Assembly: GCA_902761035.1 (NCBI GenBank)
Contig: CACWIW010000002.1
Location: 42,770 to 106,769 of the forward strand
DNA length: 64,000 nucleotides
Reading direction: 5' to 3'
Source of the DNA: an uncultured bacterium
Lineage (GTDB): Bacteria > Verrucomicrobiota > Kiritimatiellia > RFP12 > UBA1067
Shown here: piece after piece, positions 59,901 through 64,000 of the stretch
Position numbering within the stretch: the first letter of the stretch is position 1
Layout of the letters: each line of letters opens with the position of its first letter
Notes under the pieces: model-generated
Seen by the model: only the letters and a program-made list of their open reading frames with translations
What the model was told of the DNA's origin: nothing
Databases searched by the model: none
Translations under genes and position numbers: made by a program

Positions 59901-61527
59901 CGTACAGCTTCGCGTAGAGCGTAGCGTCCTGGTACTTGTAATCGCTCGCGCAGCCGACGCCGTTGTAGAACCGGAGCGTCCGCTCGGGGTTGTTGTCCTT
60001 GTTGCCGTCGCCCTTAAAAGAGCCGTCGATGATGTTGCGGAAACCCGCCTCGCCGTTCTGCATGTCGGGTACAAGGAAAAGAACGGGCGTGCCGTCCTCG
60101 TCCGCCTCGAAGGAGTAGATGCGCGCCTTGGTAAACCGTTTGGCTTCACCTTTGGTATTGACTGCAAAAAGATAGGTGTTGGTCATTGCGTCAACAGCAT
60201 GGTTCTTGGTTGAGCTTGCGGTTGCCATCGTCGAACGATCCGCCCAATTCAGTATCGTGGCGGTTGACCCGGTGTCGGAAGCGTCATCCGTGTTATCGAC
60301 TGTCACGACGTGGCGCAAGCGGTCGGCTGCATTGTTGGCCGTGATCGCCTGCCAGTCGGCGGAAGTATCGGAAAACCTAGCGAAGGCAAAGCCTTTGTTA
60401 CCGTTTATGTAGAATGCGTGCGTCGTTCCATCCACGGTCGGGGTCGAGCTTTCTATGCCATTCCATATGCCAAAGGCATACTGCTGGATTGTCGCCCAAT
60501 CCAAGTACTGGAAGTCGAGAACGAATTCCGTGCCTTTCTTTGCGGCATATCCCGTGTCGATGTAATTCATCGGCGTCGTGATATTTCTTGCGTCGGCGAC
60601 CGCGTTCGTCGCGCCCGATTCCACGTATGCGCTTGGACGGAACGGCGAGCCCATGCGGTCTGCCGGATAGAGCGCGGCGTAGGCCCTTGCATCAGAGTCG
60701 TTGAACGCGCCAAAATAGAAACGAAGGTCGTAGAAGGCAACGTCCGTGTTCGTGTAGGACCGGGAGAATCCAGAAACATTTCCCGTAATCGACGGGAACG
60801 AGCCATATTGGAAGTAGTTGCCCACAGCGCGGCTGGTCGTCGTCTTGGAAGAGAGAGTAAGTACTGTTTTCTTCGTTCCATCCACGTATGGCGTGACCGT
60901 CTTGTCCGACGACGAGTACACCATCACAAGCGTATGGAAACCGTTCGTCATGTTGCTGAGCCCGGTCAGCGTGACAGAATTACCCTTCTCCGGGACGGAA
61001 CCATCAGCACCACGGTAGAACTCCTGAAGATACAGCTTGCTTGGATCGCTCGACGAACAGACCGTGATGGCGATGCGACCGCTACTTTTACCGCCGTTCA
61101 ACCGTCCAATCGAGAACAACATGCCTTTTTCGACGTTGCCGGGCCTAAACGACATCACGAGCGTCCAGGCGTTCGTGTTCAAGGCGAGGTTCGTTGTCTT
61201 GGTAGTAGTGGAATCGTCGCTGTTGACCTGAACACCATTTATGCTCAACGGACCGGAATCTTGCCCGATGTGCATGGCACTACCGGGGCCATTCGGTCCT
61301 TCGACCGCCACGGTGTCAGCCGAAGTGTCGGTGATGAAGTCCCTTGGGCAGTTCGGGCCACCGGTAAACACGCGCGCACCGGTCGAGAAGTCGTGCCGGA
61401 AGTGGTAGCTTTCGAGGTTGCTCACGTTCGCCATTGCGGCGGAGGTTGCACAGATGGCGGTCGCGACAAGTGCGGCTCTCCCGATAACTGACGCGACAAA
61501 GCGCGTCGCCATGCTTTTTGCTTTCAT
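56911..61527 (-). CDS. Large secreted paralog C (mosaic of A and B), ending GFSIFIR
   Basis: 1538-aa ORF; signal peptide; shares long near-identical blocks with both 43357-48606 and 50500-54969. Confidence 0.85.
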   Translation of the reverse strand: MKAKSMATRFVASVIGRAALVATAICATSAAMANVSNLESYHFRHDFSTGARVFTGGPNCPRDFITDTSADTVAVEGPNGPGSAMHIGQDSGPLSINGVQVNSDDSTTTKTTNLALNTNAWTLVMSFRPGNVEKGMLFSIGRLNGGKSSGRIAITVCSSSDPSKLYLQEFYRGADGSVPEKGNSVTLTGLSNMTNGFHTLVMVYSSSDKTVTPYVDGTKKTVLTLSSKTTTSRAVGNYFQYGSFPSITGNVSGFSRSYTNTDVAFYDLRFYFGAFNDSDARAYAALYPADRMGSPFRPSAYVESGATNAVADARNITTPMNYIDTGYAAKKGTEFVLDFQYLDWATIQQYAFGIWNGIESSTPTVDGTTHAFYINGNKGFAFARFSDTSADWQAITANNAADRLRHVVTVDNTDDASDTGSTATILNWADRSTMATASSTKNHAVDAMTNTYLFAVNTKGEAKRFTKARIYSFEADEDGTPVLFLVPDMQNGEAGFRNIIDGSFKGDGNKDNNPERTLRFYNGVGCASDYKYQDATLYAKLYATSDENGTVTVAEGAAAASAEGWVPHGGTLALSATASDSSQYQFSEWTGDTWAIADGFSKTNASIEVSTPYAVQLRATFKATVNAQLTIAAGGADAVNWSIADWRSAEDDSVAIPAPVGKEVTVIAHKSVTLTLDANVSLSKFTVQADTNCVVTFALGSGGTFCADEVVVSNGVLKLDADGILGATPLVTVEDGGTFDFNGKVVGDGEAVAGNVVTEFHIAGAGAGDWPWAITSSADMTSSKNVGMLHLDDNATVGGAKELWMGVRNGAGWSAANKNLNLNGFTLTKTGTGTLQVRRPYSRNEGTIDVQSGSVRVTGWSNATAAYGESCVSNVALVVREGTTAENSVGYPLYFKTLDCGGGALKGSSGGFGISAGETLAGHGTAAELTMADGVVATLDGNLDVTTTLTAEGALSFVRKTGVETNVTVAATGTFTASGAITVGAGVIFNIGTNRPTGTFTVDDNATLALRKANLDEDEIVLNASSQPQNIILYDIRGLLLQNPEVSYDADAGTVTVRAPTPVWTNADGTGSFSATENWSSGAIPGEGRSFKMSLDGDTTVSLGSDYVFGDVQVEGTGSVDFGGEGSLTLAKVLLTNGVSFATCGRVTAAQLDLPTGTAATLTTLDGIGAGGVTGVGTLVLAPGEAESVTISGISSFKGDFSMTPVRSMTCTLTCAATSLKKFTLNGTTNVVFTLVKGTGGSFKASEVVVAGGVLQQGGDNVLGETPKITVQDGGTFDINGKTIRQETPIYIAGAGAGNWPWALATSSTMASGNYLFDLYLTADATIGKGQFKIGRDDDESYIYLNGHTLKATSWLTLRNVNTKNGTIDLYNSATLNLWNNLNSQAKNRGTTLIVRQGHYVKNQTNRKISVSNLIMYGGSITDDNDAAQTFGIISELRGHGTITKLVMESGAKFYPDGADYLNVTKTLSGKLKVDISDPVVAGKAKIPLLKVPVALKDTADGAFDLTALPPGWQLQSKDDGVNVEYLIRNLGFSIFIR

Positions 61528-61627
61528 CGTTGTCCTTTCGTGATTCTTGGTACTTGAAGGGTTGGCGCTAGTTTATCACATTTCCCGCGTAGCCCCCTAG
61601 ACTAAAAAATTATTTTTGACGGACCAG

Positions 61628-62833
61628 TCAGTACATGAAACCAAACAGCCACAGCGGAATCTTGTTGCCAATACCGACATCCGTATCATCGTTCACCACG
61701 TAACTGTTCGGGATGTCCTTGATCTGCGAGAACCCCTTGCCCTTCCCCCCGATTTCGAAAAGATACTTGCCGTCCACAAGAAAATCGCCGTGTTTCGGAT
61801 ACGTCAAGGAACAGACGCTCCCGACCTGGTTCATGAAGAACGTCTCGCGCGCCGTCCCGATGTCGGCATCCGGCATGATCGCGTACATGAGATTCGTGTT
61901 GTCGCAGTATATCTTTTCCGGGGAGGTCAGGTTCTTGAGCGACTCCTTGCTGGCGGGAAGCAGTCTCAGAAGCCCGGCGCGCTCAAGCGCGTAGAGTATC
62001 TTCAGGCCATGCTGGCGTTCAGTGTCGAGTTGCTCGTACAAGACCTTCATCTTCGGCGTCTGCGGCGGCATCTCGGCAAGTATCCGCAGCATCTTCCTCG
62101 CCTTGCGGATGGTCTCAGCCGTCACGTCCTCCACACTCGGCCAGTCGCTGTCAAGGGTCTGGTTGACGGCCTGGAGGACACGCGCATCGTAGTGCGACTC
62201 GTCTTCGCGGTAGAACGGATAGAATCCGCTCCTGATGTATTTTTCAAAGAGAGGCAATATGCGAACCTTGCGCCGTATCGCCCGTGCGATATCCTCGTGG
62301 CCCGAAAGGATGTCGGCGAGAGACAGCACTTTGAAATCTCCCACACGCTCGAATTTGAGGAATTCCCGGAACGAGAGCCCCTGCAGCTCGTAGGACATCT
62401 GTCGGCGCGAGAGGTCTCCCTGCCGCGCCTTTATCTTGAGCATCGACGATCCCGTATACGCGATTTTGAGTTCCTTGAAGCCATCGTTGATGTTTTTGAT
62501 CACGCGCTGCCAGTCCTTCACGTAATGTACCTCGTCGAGGACAAGCCTTTGCCCGCCGTGCTGGACAAAATGCTCGGCAAGCCGATAGATGTCCTTCGCA
62601 TCGAGCCACACGCTGTCAAGAGACACGTAGAGCGAATGTTCACGTTCCTCGCCGCTGTCGAGTATCTTCTGGAGAAGGAGCGTCGTCTTCCCGACACCCC
62701 TCGCGCCCCTAATTCCTATCAACCGATCTCCCCAATCTATCGAATTGTAGGAATATCGCTTGATTTCCAGCGACGTCTCGTCGAGCTTGTCCTTCGACAG
62801 CTTGTATATGTGCTCCAACTCTTCAGTGTTCAT
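61628..62833 (-). CDS. AAA_14 family ATPase, paralog of 23218-24429
   Basis: GARGVGKTT, VLDEVH, TGSSML, DLSRR, PEKIYCDNTNL, IPLWLFGFMY; GGAGG RBS before ATG 62833. Confidence 0.9.
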   Translation of the reverse strand: MNTEELEHIYKLSKDKLDETSLEIKRYSYNSIDWGDRLIGIRGARGVGKTTLLLQKILDSGEEREHSLYVSLDSVWLDAKDIYRLAEHFVQHGGQRLVLDEVHYVKDWQRVIKNINDGFKELKIAYTGSSMLKIKARQGDLSRRQMSYELQGLSFREFLKFERVGDFKVLSLADILSGHEDIARAIRRKVRILPLFEKYIRSGFYPFYREDESHYDARVLQAVNQTLDSDWPSVEDVTAETIRKARKMLRILAEMPPQTPKMKVLYEQLDTERQHGLKILYALERAGLLRLLPASKESLKNLTSPEKIYCDNTNLMYAIMPDADIGTARETFFMNQVGSVCSLTYPKHGDFLVDGKYLFEIGGKGKGFSQIKDIPNSYVVNDDTDVGIGNKIPLWLFGFMY

Positions 62834-62843
62834 GCCGTCCTCC

Positions 62844-62935
62844 AAAAGAACTTCAAGATTCTCTTTTTCGCGCCAAAAAAGAATCTGGAGGTTCTTTTGC
62901 GCGCCATTATATCAGAAAGTGCCTTGCTCACGCAA
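62844..62935 (-). promoter_or_regulatory. sigma70-like promoter and twin AAGAA-N8-TTCT operators
   Basis: TTGCGT-N18-TATAAT (62935-62906); units start at 62844 and 62877. Confidence 0.65.
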
Positions 62936-62970
62936 GTATCTATCGGAGGAATCTCGCAACTGCCTTGATG

Positions 62971-64000
62971 TCAATGTATTTGTACCTGCGCTCCGAGCAT
63001 CCGACCGAACGGGACAATCGCGTCGAAGTATCCGTCCGCCTCGACAATCGGCGCGAGGTGGCCCGCATACACAAGGGCGGTACGAATGGAAATCCCCCTG
63101 CGGCGCGGCAACGCGGCAACCTTCTCCTCCATCTCGTCGATGACTTCGCGGCCGATCTCCCTTCTCCGCTTGATCTCGACGAGGCCTATCGACCTCCGGG
63201 TCTGGATAAGCAGATCAATCTGCACGCCCTTTCGCGAACCGTCGCGGGACGCCGCGCGCCTGTACGGGGCAGCCGACAAAATCTGCGCGTTGCCGAACCC
63301 GAGCATTCCGACAATCGTCCCGAGGTTTGCGAGCACGAGATTCTCGAACTGAAGTCCCATGACGGACTCCCAGCCGTCAAGCCTGTCAAGCGAGCCAAAC
63401 GTGAAGGCGTTCCTGTCGATGACGTCCTTGATGGGTTCGATGTACTTCAGGTAGAACCGCGAGTAATTGTCGTTGAGCCGGAACACCTCCTCGCGCGATC
63501 TCTTCCCGCTCACGGGGTTCATCCCGCTGTCATTGACAACGAGCCCACATTCCTCCAGCTGCTCAAGGCAGTCGGATATCCTTCCTCCCCTTTCCATCCC
63601 AAGCTCTCGTGCAATCTCGCTGACGCTCCGGGGCGCATCTTTGAGGCAACGCAACACCGAACCCGTGAATTGCGGCTGCCGCGTCACGACATCCGCGAAC
63701 ATCTCGTCGAAATCCTCGCGCAGGGGACTCTTCGGCATGAAGCAGAGCCTGTGGATGTTGTCGTCCGCCGAAGCTCCGGGATCAATTTCCTCCAGATACC
63801 GGGGCACTCCTCCCGTCACGGAAAGGACGTCGATGATCTCCCGCGAGTCAATTCTTTCCGCCGCCTTGCCCCAGAACTTGACGCACTCCCTGATCGGAAG
63901 CTCCGGAACCACCATGTCAAGCGAACGCCTTCCGTAGAAGCTTCCGTCGTCAAGTATGTTGTCCTTAATCCACGACGAGACACTTCCGCACAGGACGAAC
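62971..64000 (-). CDS. ATPase_2-like AAA ATPase with PD-(D/E)XK tail (5' end outside the window); related to 7338-8765
   Basis: VLCGSVSSW at window edge, TGGVPRYL, FRLNDNYSRFYL, GLQFENLVL, QIDLLIQ...VEIK. Confidence 0.85.
   Translation of the reverse strand, partial: FVLCGSVSSWIKDNILDDGSFYGRRSLDMVVPELPIRECVKFWGKAAERIDSREIIDVLSVTGGVPRYLEEIDPGASADDNIHRLCFMPKSPLREDFDEMFADVVTRQPQFTGSVLRCLKDAPRSVSEIARELGMERGGRISDCLEQLEECGLVVNDSGMNPVSGKRSREEVFRLNDNYSRFYLKYIEPIKDVIDRNAFTFGSLDRLDGWESVMGLQFENLVLANLGTIVGMLGFGNAQILSAAPYRRAASRDGSRKGVQIDLLIQTRRSIGLVEIKRRREIGREVIDEMEEKVAALPRRRGISIRTALVYAGHLAPIVEADGYFDAIVPFGRMLGAQVQIH

Noticed and set aside
28340..61527. Classical autotransporters, PEP-CTERM or T9SS cargo
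   Set aside because: No ~300-aa barrel, no VPEP-TM-basic tail and no recognisable T9SS CTD at any C-terminus

Overview
GC-rich bacterial chromosomal window, almost entirely minus-strand genes. Gene content and style suggest a gut/rumen Kiritimatiellae-like (PVC) organism, which is an inference only. Contents: (1) a glycan/mannose-utilisation run (GH92, Tat metallophosphoesterase, ROK kinase, class I M6P-isomerase-like, MFS, DUF1080) plus CE15-, GH95- and DUF6259-like enzymes. (2) An ECF sigma/anti-sigma/FGE-domain operon. (3) An array of large secreted beta-helix/LamG/LRR proteins with no autotransporter barrel and no PEP-CTERM. Eleven unrelated exported proteins end in the same 7-residue motif G-hydrophobic-x-hydrophobic x3-[R/K/Y]-stop, a candidate undescribed sorting signal; one of these tails is only reached after correcting a 1-nt frameshift. 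(4) Seven solo AAA-ATPase/(wHTH)/PD-(D/E)XK genes or relics wedged between other genes, most with their own sigma70-like promoter. The three AAA_14-type genes each carry a gene-specific pair of palindromes spaced exactly 33 bp apart. (5) An orphan lambda-O-like initiator with intragenic iterons next to a degenerate Fic gene, and two short 22/23-bp tandem arrays. (6) Several REP-like palindromes, some inserted in frame inside protein-coding genes. I saw no rRNA, tRNA, CRISPR array, integrase, transposase or reverse transcriptase. All family calls come from motif recognition by eye, not database searches.
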